A DNA stretch of 64,000 nt from Thermodesulfobacteriota bacterium (GTDB taxonomy: Bacteria; Desulfobacterota; Desulfarculia; JACQYL01), in NCBI GenBank assembly GCA_963675595.2, contig CAXXLZ010000002.1, positions 3,040,001 through 3,104,000 on the forward strand, written 5' to 3'. The notes under the pieces are model-generated. The model was not told the origin of the DNA and did not search any database. It was given only the letters and a program-made list of their open reading frames with translations. Shown one piece after another: positions 1 through 9,731 of the stretch. Position 1 is the stretch's first letter, and each line of letters begins with the position of its first letter. Position numbers and translations under genes: made by a program.

Positions 1-670
1 CTCCACGGGTGGGATCCCTCAGAGCGTGAATTTCCGCTCCGCTTTGCAGCATGGCCTTGGTCAATCCCCATAGAGGACGAGCGTCGCTTCGAACGGGAGT
101 ATGCAAAGACAGCGCGGCTCGCGCAGCCAGAATCGCCACTCCGTGGTCTCCCACGGTTCCCGAGATCAAAACCCGGTCTCCCGGCAGGACGTGTCGACCA
201 CCGATGGGGTTGCGGGAGATCACCGCACCCACACCGGTGGTATTGATGAACACCCCGTCGGCCTTTCCTCGGGGGACGACCTTGGTGTCTCCCGCCACGA
301 TACGGACGCCCGCTTCACGCGCCGTTTCGACCATTGAGGAAACAATGTCTTCCAAGTCCCGGAGGGAAAAGCCCTCTTCCAGAATAAAGGCGGCGGTCAG
401 ACACAAAGGTTCGGCTCCGCTGGCGGCGAGATCGTTGACCGTACCGCACACGGCCAGGTGGCCGATATCCCCGCCGGGGAAAAACAGAGGATCCACCACA
501 AAGGAGTCCGTGGTCGTCACTAGATTCGTCCCCGGGGCCTGGAACGGAGCTCCGTCGTCCAGGTCCCTCAGACTTTTTCCTTCAAGGAGCCTGAGAAAAA
601 CTTTTCGCACCAGATCCTGACTAAGCTTTCCTCCGCTTCCATGATCGAGAAGCACTACGTCATTATCCAA
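1..670 (-). CDS. hypE: Hydrogenase maturation protein HypE (3' end runs off the window)
   Basis: Not in the ORF track; translated by hand from TTG at 670 after a GGAGAG RBS: MDNDVVLLDHGSGGKLSQDL...TTDSFVVDPLFFPGGDIGHLAVCGTVNDLA...GDTKVV...DPTRG. Directly follows hypD. Confidence 0.95.
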   Translation of the reverse strand, partial: MDNDVVLLDHGSGGKLSQDLVRKVFLRLLEGKSLRDLDDGAPFQAPGTNLVTTTDSFVVDPLFFPGGDIGHLAVCGTVNDLAASGAEPLCLTAAFILEEGFSLRDLEDIVSSMVETAREAGVRIVAGDTKVVPRGKADGVFINTTGVGAVISRNPIGGRHVLPGDRVLISGTVGDHGVAILAARAALSLHTPVRSDARPLWGLTKAMLQSGAEIHALRDPTRG

Positions 671-682
671 CAGGCTCTCCGC

Positions 683-1789
683 TTATCCGACGGTTTCTTC
701 CGTGCCGTCCCCATGATATCGGAAATACGCGGCACAGGTCCCTTCTCCGGACACCATGCACGGTCCCACGGGATTCACGGGGGTGCAACTTTTTCGGAAC
801 AAAGGACATTCCGGCGGGGTCTTCATACCCCGAATCACCTCACCACAGGCGCATCCTTTGGGTTCGACGGCCTCTTCGACTTGAATCTTCAGCACCTCCA
901 ACGCGTTCCGGTCACGGAAAGGCTCACAAAACCCGAGCCCGCCGGACGTTATGGTGCCCAATCCTCTCCAACAAGCGTCTTCCGGGCGAAACACGGATCG
1001 CATCATTTCCAGGGCGCCGGGATTCCCGTGAGGCGCAACGCCCCTTGAGTAGCAGTTCTCAACCCCCCCGGTCTCGCCGTCGATTCGGAGGAGCAAGCGG
1101 TATACGGCGTGAAGCAGGTCCACGGGTTCGAAACCGGCTATGACGCACGGGACCCCGTATTGCCGTGAAATGCTTCGGTAAGGCGCTTCCCCGATGATCG
1201 TGCTCACGTGACCGGGGCACAAGAACCCGTCAATCCCCAATTCTCCTTGGGACAAGAGCGCATCCATCGCGGGTGGAAGCAGCTTGTGCATGGACAAAAC
1301 CATGAAGTTGTCCAGACCCTCTCTTCGCGCCGTGAGCAGAGCCGCCGCCACCGTGGGCGCAGTGGTTTCGAAGCCGACCCCTAAAAATACCACCTTTCGC
1401 GACGGATGGCTCCGCGCGTGCTCCACGGCTTCCAGCGGACCGTAAACCACCCTGACGTCCGCACCCCGGGCCTTTTCTCCTGAAAGGGTGGATCGAGTGC
1501 CCGGCACGCGCATGAGGTCGCCGAAAGTCGCCGTGATGATTCCTGGAATCCCGGCCACCTCCACACAGCGGTCGATGTCTTGTTGCGACGTCACGCATAC
1601 GGGGCATCCGGGGCCGGAAATCAGGGAAATCCGATCGGGCAGCAGACTTCGAATCCCGTGACGAAAGACGGCCATGGTATGGGTGCCGCAGATTTCCATG
1701 ATCCGCACCGGGCGTCCACGCAAGGCGCGTATTTTCTCTACCAGGCGCCGAGCCGCAGCCGGGTCGCGATACTCATCCACGTGTTTCAC
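683..1789 (-). CDS. hypD: Hydrogenase maturation protein HypD
   Basis: MEICGTHT, GPGCPVCV, GFETT and PGHVS motifs; C-terminal CxxCx..PCMVSxEGxC. Confidence 0.97.
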   Translation of the reverse strand: MKHVDEYRDPAAARRLVEKIRALRGRPVRIMEICGTHTMAVFRHGIRSLLPDRISLISGPGCPVCVTSQQDIDRCVEVAGIPGIITATFGDLMRVPGTRSTLSGEKARGADVRVVYGPLEAVEHARSHPSRKVVFLGVGFETTAPTVAAALLTARREGLDNFMVLSMHKLLPPAMDALLSQGELGIDGFLCPGHVSTIIGEAPYRSISRQYGVPCVIAGFEPVDLLHAVYRLLLRIDGETGGVENCYSRGVAPHGNPGALEMMRSVFRPEDACWRGLGTITSGGLGFCEPFRDRNALEVLKIQVEEAVEPKGCACGEVIRGMKTPPECPLFRKSCTPVNPVGPCMVSGEGTCAAYFRYHGDGTEETVG

Positions 1790-4098
1790 GGCGCTTCGTC
1801 CTCCTCCGGATACCCGGCCGAGGAACGAGCGTGCGCCACCACCGCTTGTCCCAGGGCGATACAGGCATCGTTGGTGGGAAGCTTTTCATGGGCAAGGGCC
1901 TGAAAACCCTCTTCCTTCAAAAGGGAAAGAGCGTGTTCCAACAAAATCCGATTCTGGAAAACACCGCCGCTCAACGCCACCCGTCCCACGCCGGTCTCCT
2001 CCCGAACCCAAAGACAGACTCGCACCCAGGACCTGACCAGCACCTCATGAAATCTCCCCGCAATAACGGAAAGATCCTCGCCGGAAATCAAATCCCGCAC
2101 CATGCATCTGAACCACGGCTCCGGCCGGATCAACAACATCTCTCCTTCTCGCTCCAGAGTCACGGGATATCGACCGGACACGGGAAAAGCGGCAACATAT
2201 TCAAGGTCCATGGCGGCCTGCCCCTCGAAGGAGACGGTGTCCCTGACGCCCAACAGGGCCGAGGCCGCGTCGAACAATCGCCCGCAACTCGAGGTGAGAG
2301 GAGAGTTGACGTCCTTTTCCATCATCTCAGTGAGAATCCTCCTTCGGTCTTCTCCCACTCGGGACCAAAGGTCGAGCTTGAGTCCCTCCATGCCCGCACC
2401 GAAGGCGCGATAAAGAAGACTCACGGCCATGCGCCACGGTTCCCGGACGGCGGCCTCCCCGCCCGGCATGGGAACGTATGCGAAGTGTCCCATCCTGCGA
2501 TAGGAGGACGTATCCGCCAACAGAATCTCCCCGCCCCACACGCAACCGTCTTCGCCGTATCCGGTTCCGTCCATGGCCAGCCCGATTACCGGACCCGCCA
2601 CACCGTGTTCGGCCATGCAGGAAACCACATGGGCATGATGGTGTTGAACGGCCGTGCATTTTTCGTACAGAGCCTTCAATTCTCCGGCCAAACCCGTGGT
2701 GAGGTATCCGGGGTGCAGGTCATGGGCGAGTACCGTAGGATTCAAGTCAAGGACGCCACAGAGATTGTCCACTGTGGCCTTGAGGAAATCCAGGGCTTCA
2801 ACGTTGGCCGCATCTCCTACATGGCCGCTGATGAATGCTTGACGTCCCCGAGTGATGCACACGGTGTTCTTCAGATCGGCGCCCAACGCCAGCACTTCCC
2901 CGGCATCCCAAGCCAGCGGCAGGGGTAACGGAACGTAACCCCGGGATCTCCTCAGGAAACGAGGCGCCCCGGCCGCTACCTGAAGCACGGAATCATCGCA
3001 GGCCGTGTGAATGTCCCGATCATGCATTACGAAAGCGTCGGTGATGGGGCCGAGTTTGACAAGGGCCCGCCGATTGTCCGTTACGATGGGCTCCTCGCTC
3101 AAATTTCCGCTGGTCATGACCAGGGGCCCGCCGAACGCCTTCAGAAGGAGGTGGTGCAAGGGAGTGTAGGGCAGCAGAACACCGATGCGGGAATTTCGAG
3201 GAGCAATATTCTCCGGCAGAGGACCATCCGGTTTTCTTTTCAGCGTCACAATGGGGCGGGCGGGCGACTGGAGAAGCTCGGCCTCCTCATGGGAAATCTC
3301 GGCCAGGTGCACGGCCCGCTCCAGGTTTTCCACCATCACCGCCACGGGCTTCTCGTATCTGTGCTTTCGACGCCGGAGTCGCTCCACAGCGGCAGGGTCC
3401 GACGCGTCAACAGCCAGATGAAAACCGCCCAGGCCCTTGACGGCCACAATCATCCCTTTTTTCAGCAACTCCGACGCATCCCGAATCGGGTCCTCCGCCG
3501 GCACACACTCCCCGTTCGAATCGTATAACGTCACCTTGGGACCGCATCGCCGACAAGCGTTGGGCTGCGCGTGAAACCTCCGGTCCGCCGGGTCGGAATA
3601 CTCCCTTTCGCATTCCGGACACATGGGAAAGGACGCCATGGTCGTATTGGGGCGATCGTAGGGGATCGCCCGGGTTATGGTGAACCTCGGTCCACAATTG
3701 GTGCAATTAATGAAGGGATACTCATACCGTCGATCCCGAGGGTCCTCGAGTTCGTCCAGACAATCCGCACAGATGCAGACATCCGGCGAAACGAGCGTTC
3801 CGGCGGAAGGTGCCGGCCTGCTCTCCAAAATGGAAAAAGGTTCTAAGACCTTGAACGGAACCTCTTCCACATGAAAAGCGGTAATGCGGGAAAGGCTCGG
3901 AGGCGTGTCCCGGATTTCCGACACAAAAAGGGTCAAGGCGTCTCCGTCCCCGGCGGCTTCCACTTCCACGCCTTCCGCCGTATTGAGGACGGATCCGCGT
4001 AGGTTCAGACGGCCGGCGGACCGGTAGACAAAAGGCCTGAATCCCACTCCCTGAACAACGCCGGAGATACGAATCCTCACCCTTTTGGGCGTGCTCAA
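1786..4098 (-). CDS. hypF: Carbamoyltransferase HypF
   Basis: Acylphosphatase domain (GVVQGVGFRPF), two CxxC-x18-CxxC zinc fingers, KGLGGFHL, QHHHAH, DGTGYG. Confidence 0.97.
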   Translation of the reverse strand: MSTPKRVRIRISGVVQGVGFRPFVYRSAGRLNLRGSVLNTAEGVEVEAAGDGDALTLFVSEIRDTPPSLSRITAFHVEEVPFKVLEPFSILESRPAPSAGTLVSPDVCICADCLDELEDPRDRRYEYPFINCTNCGPRFTITRAIPYDRPNTTMASFPMCPECEREYSDPADRRFHAQPNACRRCGPKVTLYDSNGECVPAEDPIRDASELLKKGMIVAVKGLGGFHLAVDASDPAAVERLRRRKHRYEKPVAVMVENLERAVHLAEISHEEAELLQSPARPIVTLKRKPDGPLPENIAPRNSRIGVLLPYTPLHHLLLKAFGGPLVMTSGNLSEEPIVTDNRRALVKLGPITDAFVMHDRDIHTACDDSVLQVAAGAPRFLRRSRGYVPLPLPLAWDAGEVLALGADLKNTVCITRGRQAFISGHVGDAANVEALDFLKATVDNLCGVLDLNPTVLAHDLHPGYLTTGLAGELKALYEKCTAVQHHHAHVVSCMAEHGVAGPVIGLAMDGTGYGEDGCVWGGEILLADTSSYRRMGHFAYVPMPGGEAAVREPWRMAVSLLYRAFGAGMEGLKLDLWSRVGEDRRRILTEMMEKDVNSPLTSSCGRLFDAASALLGVRDTVSFEGQAAMDLEYVAAFPVSGRYPVTLEREGEMLLIRPEPWFRCMVRDLISGEDLSVIAGRFHEVLVRSWVRVCLWVREETGVGRVALSGGVFQNRILLEHALSLLKEEGFQALAHEKLPTNDACIALGQAVVAHARSSAGYPEEDEAP

Positions 4099-4757
4099 TC
4101 ACCCCTCCGGAGCCGGGAAAGGCGCTCCTCAAGCCACTCGATCCACGTCTCGAGTCCTTCACCCGTGGAGGCGGAAACCTCCAGAATGCGAAGATCGGGA
4201 TTCACCTGTCGAGACGTTTCTCGAATGACCTCGACGTCGCATTTTATGTAGGGCAGCAAATCAATCTTGTTCACAAGCAAGACATCGGCGATCCGGAACA
4301 CGGTGGGATATTTCGCCGGCTTGTCGTCACCCTCCGTCACACTCAGAATGACGACTTTCGCATGCTCGCCGAGCTCGAATTCCGCCGGGCACACCAAGTT
4401 ACCCACGTTTTCGATCACCAGGAGGTCCAGACCTTCCAGGTCCATCTTGTCGAGAGCCGCCCGGACCATGTTGCCGTCCAGGTGACATCCTCCCTCCGTA
4501 TTGATCTGTACCGCCTGAACTCCATGACGGGCGATGCGTTCGGCGTCGGCGGTGGTCTGAAGGTCCCCTTCGACGACCCCCACCCTCCAACGATCCTTGA
4601 GTCGGTCAATGGTTTTCTCGAGAAGCGTGGTCTTCCCCGCACCCGGAGAACTCATCATATTCAACACCAATATTCGCTTCTCGTCGAACAGCCGGCGATT
4701 CTCTTCGGCGATCCTTTCATTTACTTCCAGCACTTTTCTGACGATGGGAATATTCAG
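4095..4757 (-). CDS. hypB: Hydrogenase nickel-insertion GTPase HypB
   Basis: SSPGAGKTT, CHLD, ENVGNLVCP and NKIDL motifs. Conserved part starts at (L)NIPIVRKVLE behind an AGGAG RBS; the track start at 5003 is probably too long. Confidence 0.95.
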   Translation of the reverse strand: MNIPIVRKVLEVNERIAEENRRLFDEKRILVLNMMSSPGAGKTTLLEKTIDRLKDRWRVGVVEGDLQTTADAERIARHGVQAVQINTEGGCHLDGNMVRAALDKMDLEGLDLLVIENVGNLVCPAEFELGEHAKVVILSVTEGDDKPAKYPTVFRIADVLLVNKIDLLPYIKCDVEVIRETSRQVNPDLRILEVSASTGEGLETWIEWLEERLSRLRRGD

Positions 4758-4905
4758 GGGTTTCTCCTTTCCTTTCAAGGAATGGCGGCCCACTTGACCC
4801 GCACACCGATTCTCGGCAGGAAACCCATCGCACGCCCGACCCGTTTCACGCGGCGGGCGCCTCTCACACGGTGCGGGGTTTAGGGGACGAGCCCTTTCCG
4901 GGCGT

Positions 4906-5277
4906 TCATGGTTGTTCGTAACTGCGACCGGGTTCTTCGGCCGCTGTGAGTTCGTGAATGTAAAATTCTCTGCCTGAAAGCAGCTCCAGGTTCGCGCCTC
5001 CACAGGCCGTACACACGTAGCGATGTTCGTGCACTTCGAAAAGTTCTCCGCAATCTTCGCACCGGGCCCGGACCTGAATGGTTTCCATCTCGAGAACCGA
5101 ACCCTCGGCGGGAGTTCCTTCGGTAACCATCTTCCAACAGAAACTGAGAGCTTCCGGCACCACGGCGGTCAGCACTCCGACTTTTAGGGCCACGGCCTCG
5201 ATTCGACGCACCTCGTGAGCGGCCATTTCCTCCAAAACAATGTCCAGAATGCTTTGAGCCAATGATAATTCATGCAT
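4906..5277 (-). CDS. hypA: Hydrogenase nickel chaperone HypA
   Basis: Begins MHELSLAQSIL (canonical MHE) with two CxxC motifs (CEDC, CTAC); true start is ATG at 5277. Confidence 0.95.
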   Translation of the reverse strand: MHELSLAQSILDIVLEEMAAHEVRRIEAVALKVGVLTAVVPEALSFCWKMVTEGTPAEGSVLEMETIQVRARCEDCGELFEVHEHRYVCTACGGANLELLSGREFYIHELTAAEEPGRSYEQP

Positions 5278-5916
5278 GAGTGCCGGCCTTTCGAGGAATT
5301 TCGCTATCGCGAGCGCTTCAAAAAAGAATGTTCCCACAAGAATTCTAGACAAAACAAATCCCACCTCTTTTTGCAACTCGTTTACGAGGTGCGTTGAGGC
5401 TTTTTCCTCACGCCGTTTTAGGCAACCGTGCGGGGGACCGATCGGAAGCTCGCAGCAGGACACACCGGAGACGGGTCCGACCCTAACGTAGGTGAACGGA
5501 ACGGCTCCGACCCTTTTCTTCGAAGGTTCCCCGAACGGGCTTGAAACAAGTCCCACCAAGATTCCAAAAACAAGTATTCCCCAATTTCGATGGTCGCCTT
5601 CTTGTTGGTTTCGAGGGGATACGGAGCTGAAAATGAATGGGTGTTGCATCTTCTTGTTTATCCCTGTTATCCTTTTTCTTTGAGGACTCGTTCATCAGGC
5701 GCATCTTGGACTCGACAAACCTTAACAATAAGGCGGGGGCTTGTTGAAAACCACATCCGTTGACGTGCCCTTTGGGTATGAAGTCGATCCAAGACAACCG
5801 GTTTTCCATCCGGATTCCGCTTCGTTTCCATGGCGCTTACAGGTTCATGGATCAAGAAACCGATCGGATTATCCGGGCCGTTACCCGACGGAAAAGGATT
5901 GAAGGAGGCTGAGCCA

Positions 5917-8775
5917 ATGGGGGGGGTATTTAGAAACAAGCAAGGAAAGTATTTCATCGCCGGGGTTCTGGCAGGCCTACTTATTATCGCGGCGATATCC
6001 ACCGAGTGCCAAGCGGCTCTAAAAGCCAAAAACCTGGATGCATTGATCGAGTCGCACGAATACATCCCGGGGATCGATGCGCTTGCGATTCTCATGGATA
6101 CCTCCATGTCCATGGAAGAGCCCTACCAGGGAGAAAAGAAGATCGCCTACGCCAGGGACTTGGTCAACCGCCTGAATTACACCGTTCCAACCATGAAGCT
6201 TGCCGTGGCCTTGAGGAAATTCGGGTCCGACACCCGCTCGGCGGGCACCGGGAATGCGGCCATATACTCGTCGTCCGGTTTGTCCAAAGAGGAACTGGAA
6301 CGCGTTTTGATGACTCCTAAATGGCCCGGAGGAGACGGGAATCTCTCTTCCTCCATGGCGGTGGCCGCCGAGAAATTCGCTTCGTACAAAAGAACGGCTC
6401 TGATCATCGTGAGTGACGGTCGTCTCAGGGATCCGTCCGCGGTCACGGCCGCAGCGGACCTTAAGACCAAATACGGTGATCGGTTGTGCGTACACGCTCT
6501 TGCCGTGGGAGATGATGTCGCCGGAAAAATGCTGCTTCGAAGCATTGTGGAAAACTTTCCCTGCGGGGTTATGACCAGCGCCGATGAAGCGGCCACTCGG
6601 GACGGCATGGCGGATTTCGTTACGCGTGTGATGTTGACCGAGCCGGTGGACACGGACGGCGACGGCATCACTGATGATCTCGATGATTGTCCCGGCACAC
6701 CCGCGGACTGGCACGTCGACGACAAGGGCTGTCCTCTGGACGGAGACCGGGACGGCGTGTATGACGGCATCGACCGTTGTCCGGGAACTCCTTTGGGCGC
6801 GAAGGTCGACGCCCATGGTTGCCCCACGGACGCCGACGGGGACGGGGTCTTCGATTTCTTCGACATTTGTCCCAATACGCCGGAGGGAGCGCCCGTTGAT
6901 GAAAAAGGCTGTCCCACCGATACCGACAAAGACGGCGTGCCCGATTACCTGGATGATTGTTCCGGCACACCCGCCGGAGTACAGGTGAATGAAAAAGGCT
7001 GCCCGTTTGATAAGGACGGGGACGGCGTTTTCGATTATTTGGACGACTGCCCCTACACGGCGATAGGGATAAAGGTCAACGAACAAGGTTGTCCTCCCGA
7101 CCAGGACAAAGACGGCGTGCCTGATTTCCGTGACGGATGCGCGGATACGCCGTTCGGAATCGCTGTGGACGATAACGGCTGCCCCTTCGATACCGACAAA
7201 GACGGCGTGCCCGATTACCTGGACAAATCCGTCGACACTCCCATCGGTGTTGCGGTGGACGCCTCGGGTTCTCCGCTCGATTCGGATGCCGACGGCGTGC
7301 CGGATCACCTGGACGAATGTGCGGGTACTCCGCCCGGCTTACAGGTGAATTCCAAAGGCTGCCCGCCCGATAAGGACGGAGACGCGGTACCCGATGTTCA
7401 GGACGAGTGTCCCAACACCCCGGAACACGTCCAGGTGGATGCCCGGGGTTGTCCTCTTGACTCCGACAAGGACGGGGTGGCCGATTACCTGGACCGCTGC
7501 CCCAACACACCGACGGAAATTCCGGCCGACGACAAAGGCTGTCCCGCCGATGCGGACGGCGATGGTGTTCCGGACTACCTGGATCAGTGTCCCAACACAC
7601 CCACCGGGCTCCAGGTCGAAGCCTCGGGATGCCCGCTGGATTCCGACCAGGACGGCGTTTATAACTACGTGGACGATTGTCCCGAAACACCTAAAGGAGT
7701 GCCCGTCAACGCCTTCGGGTGTCCCACGGACTCCGACCGGGACGGAGTCCCCGACTACCTGGATCGTTGCCCGGGAACGCCTTCGGGTTTCGTGGTTGAT
7801 TCCCGGGGTTGCGCCAGGGATTCCGATTCGGACGGCGTTTATGATCCCTTGGACGCCTGCCCGGAAACCCCCCGCGGAATTAAAGTGGATGCCACCGGAT
7901 GTCCTTCCGATTCGGATAAGGACGGAGTCTATGACTATTTGGACAAGTGCCCGGAGACGCCCAAAGGAGTTCGGATCGATGAGATGGGATGCCCCAAGGA
8001 CTCCGACGGCGACCAGGTTCCGGACTATCTGGACAACTGCCCCGAAACCAAAGCCGGTATGACCGTGGACCAGCATGGATGCCCCCCCGATGCCGATGGT
8101 GACGGTGTGCCGGATTCCCTGGACAAATGTCCCGACAGCCCCAAAGGCGCACGTGTGGACGCCCGAGGATGCGCCTACGATTCGGACGGGGATGGTGTGG
8201 CGGACTACAAGGACGATTGCCCGAACACGCCCGAGGGTGAGAACGTGGACAACCGGGGCTGCCCGTATGACGGAGACGGAGACGGGGTGGCCGACTATCT
8301 TGACCGGTGTCCCGGAACCGCCGCCAACGTCCGTGTGGACGATCACGGCTGCCCCAAGGACTCGGATGGAGACGGGGTCACGGACGATCGAGACCGGTGT
8401 CTCGGAACACCCAAGGGCGCCCAGGTCAACGACAAGGGTTGTTGGGCCCTGAGCGGAGTCCACTTCGGCTCCGGACGTTGGATGGTCAAAGGAGGAGCGG
8501 AAGGCTTCCTTGATCACGTGGCCGAGGTCCTCGAGAAGAATCCGTCCCTGAAAGTGGAAATTCAAGGACACACGGACAATCGAGGGTCCGGCAGCTTCAA
8601 CCGGGAGCTTTCCTGGAAGCGGGCTTTGGCGGTGCAGGAATATCTTGCGGAAAAGGGAATCGACAAGGACAGGATTCCCGCCGTGGGATTGGGATCGGAA
8701 CAGCCCATCGACTCCAATGACTCGGAGGAAGGCAGGGCCAATAATCGACGGGTTGAATTTCAGCCGATCAACTAG
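5917..8775 (+). CDS. Exported VWA + 20x thrombospondin type-3-like repeat + OmpA C-terminal peptidoglycan-binding protein
   Basis: Hydrophobic N-terminal signal, MIDAS DTSMS...SDG, 20 repeats of DxDxDGVxDxxDxCPxTPxGxxVDxxGCP, OmpA domain (IQGHTD...LSWKRA...NRRVEF). Start uncertain (5830 or 5917). Confidence 0.9.
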   Translation: MGGVFRNKQGKYFIAGVLAGLLIIAAISTECQAALKAKNLDALIESHEYIPGIDALAILMDTSMSMEEPYQGEKKIAYARDLVNRLNYTVPTMKLAVALRKFGSDTRSAGTGNAAIYSSSGLSKEELERVLMTPKWPGGDGNLSSSMAVAAEKFASYKRTALIIVSDGRLRDPSAVTAAADLKTKYGDRLCVHALAVGDDVAGKMLLRSIVENFPCGVMTSADEAATRDGMADFVTRVMLTEPVDTDGDGITDDLDDCPGTPADWHVDDKGCPLDGDRDGVYDGIDRCPGTPLGAKVDAHGCPTDADGDGVFDFFDICPNTPEGAPVDEKGCPTDTDKDGVPDYLDDCSGTPAGVQVNEKGCPFDKDGDGVFDYLDDCPYTAIGIKVNEQGCPPDQDKDGVPDFRDGCADTPFGIAVDDNGCPFDTDKDGVPDYLDKSVDTPIGVAVDASGSPLDSDADGVPDHLDECAGTPPGLQVNSKGCPPDKDGDAVPDVQDECPNTPEHVQVDARGCPLDSDKDGVADYLDRCPNTPTEIPADDKGCPADADGDGVPDYLDQCPNTPTGLQVEASGCPLDSDQDGVYNYVDDCPETPKGVPVNAFGCPTDSDRDGVPDYLDRCPGTPSGFVVDSRGCARDSDSDGVYDPLDACPETPRGIKVDATGCPSDSDKDGVYDYLDKCPETPKGVRIDEMGCPKDSDGDQVPDYLDNCPETKAGMTVDQHGCPPDADGDGVPDSLDKCPDSPKGARVDARGCAYDSDGDGVADYKDDCPNTPEGENVDNRGCPYDGDGDGVADYLDRCPGTAANVRVDDHGCPKDSDGDGVTDDRDRCLGTPKGAQVNDKGCWALSGVHFGSGRWMVKGGAEGFLDHVAEVLEKNPSLKVEIQGHTDNRGSGSFNRELSWKRALAVQEYLAEKGIDKDRIPAVGLGSEQPIDSNDSEEGRANNRRVEFQPIN
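6649..8448 (+). repeat. Intragenic array of twenty 90-bp (30-aa) TSP3-like Ca-binding repeats
   Basis: Counted in the translation; includes an identical 36-bp segment at 6918-6953 and 7188-7223. Confidence 0.93.
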
Positions 8776-8812
8776 ACCGGGATACCGGCCTGATGGCCGG
8801 TCCGGAGTTCCG

Positions 8813-8848
8813 TCGCCGGGGGAACGAGGATCAGGTTCCCCCGGCGAT
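8813..8848. terminator. GC-rich hairpin between convergent genes
   Basis: TCGCCGGGGGAAC-N9-GTTCCCCCGGCGA, without a clear U-tract. Confidence 0.45.
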
Positions 8849-8862
8849 TCGAAGAAGCGGTT

Positions 8863-9642
8863 TCATTCGTCTTGGGGACCCCACGGCGGGTATAGCGACG
8901 CGCAGAGCCTCCCGTAGACGAGATCCATGATGGGTTGGAGATTCACCGTGTCTTCCCGATTGTAGCGAACCAGGAGTTCCAGGGCCCGGGTTTCTCCATC
9001 CAGGTATGCCGCCCACAAGCGCACGGCGTCGAAACCGTTCATTTCTCGCACGGAACTCGGTCGTTCCATGCCGAGGTGCTTTTCTACGCGCTTGAGCCCT
9101 CCTTTGAGTCCGGCTTTTCGGCAGGCGTGCATGAGGTCGATGTGGGCGGCCTCCACCCGAAAGCCGGGGAAACAACGTTCAAGCACCGGAACATCGAAAG
9201 ACATTCCGTTGAACGTGATCAGGAGGTCGAACCGCTTCATCACGTCCTGAAACTTTTCGAGATTCCTCCCCTGAATAAACGGCCTGTAACAAGAGCCGTC
9301 GTAGGTCCCCACCACCGTGACCTCTTCCTGAAATTCCCCCATGGAATAAGTCTCGATGTCCAGGAAGCACCTCTCTCGAAAGGCGCCGTATAAACGCCAA
9401 AGGCCCTTCTTGCGAAGAAGACCGGCAAAATAGGACGGATTATCCCTTTGCGCGAGACACTCCTCCAGGTATGGCGCGTATCTCCTGTGAATGGACGGAG
9501 AGAGCAGCCGACCCCCCTTGCCCAGAAAATCCCGCCAAGTTCGGATGCCCAGATTCCAGTACTGTCGTTCCTTGAATTCTCCAATGCCCGGAAGCATAAC
9601 GAAGGTTCTTTCCAGAAGGGGCGTTTCTTCACGGAAATTCAT
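8863..9642 (-). CDS. YprB-like RNase H-fold (DEDD) exonuclease with N-terminal HhH-like motif
   Basis: FLDIET, TFNGxxFDVP, HIDL, GGLKxVE, YNREDT; N-terminal LPGIGE. Confidence 0.8.
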   Translation of the reverse strand: MNFREETPLLERTFVMLPGIGEFKERQYWNLGIRTWRDFLGKGGRLLSPSIHRRYAPYLEECLAQRDNPSYFAGLLRKKGLWRLYGAFRERCFLDIETYSMGEFQEEVTVVGTYDGSCYRPFIQGRNLEKFQDVMKRFDLLITFNGMSFDVPVLERCFPGFRVEAAHIDLMHACRKAGLKGGLKRVEKHLGMERPSSVREMNGFDAVRLWAAYLDGETRALELLVRYNREDTVNLQPIMDLVYGRLCASLYPPWGPQDE

Positions 9643-9675
9643 AGACGCAACCTGACCGAGCCTGCAGACGGAACG

Positions 9676-9704
9676 AAAAAAAGGTGAGGCCGGAGCCTCA
9701 CCTC
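9676..9704 (-). terminator. Rho-independent terminator of the acs operon
   Basis: Minus strand AGGTGAGGC-TCCG-GCCTCACCT followed by a T-run, just after acsE. Confidence 0.85.
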
Positions 9705-9731
9705 GTGATTCTTGGCAACCCGACCGTGGAT

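Noticed and set aside
51-620. 189-aa + strand ORF
   Set aside because: Antisense to hypE, which occupies the minus strand.
5278-5830. Upstream extension of hypA and short ORFs or a possible riboswitch in the hypA-ompA gap
   Set aside because: HypA requires an N-terminal MHE; I found no convincing RBS, domain or riboswitch consensus.
6019-8571. Repetitive minus-strand ORFs, and the 90-bp periodicity as a possible CRISPR array
   Set aside because: The repeats are degenerate, in-frame coding units; there is no constant repeat with unique spacers and no cas genes.
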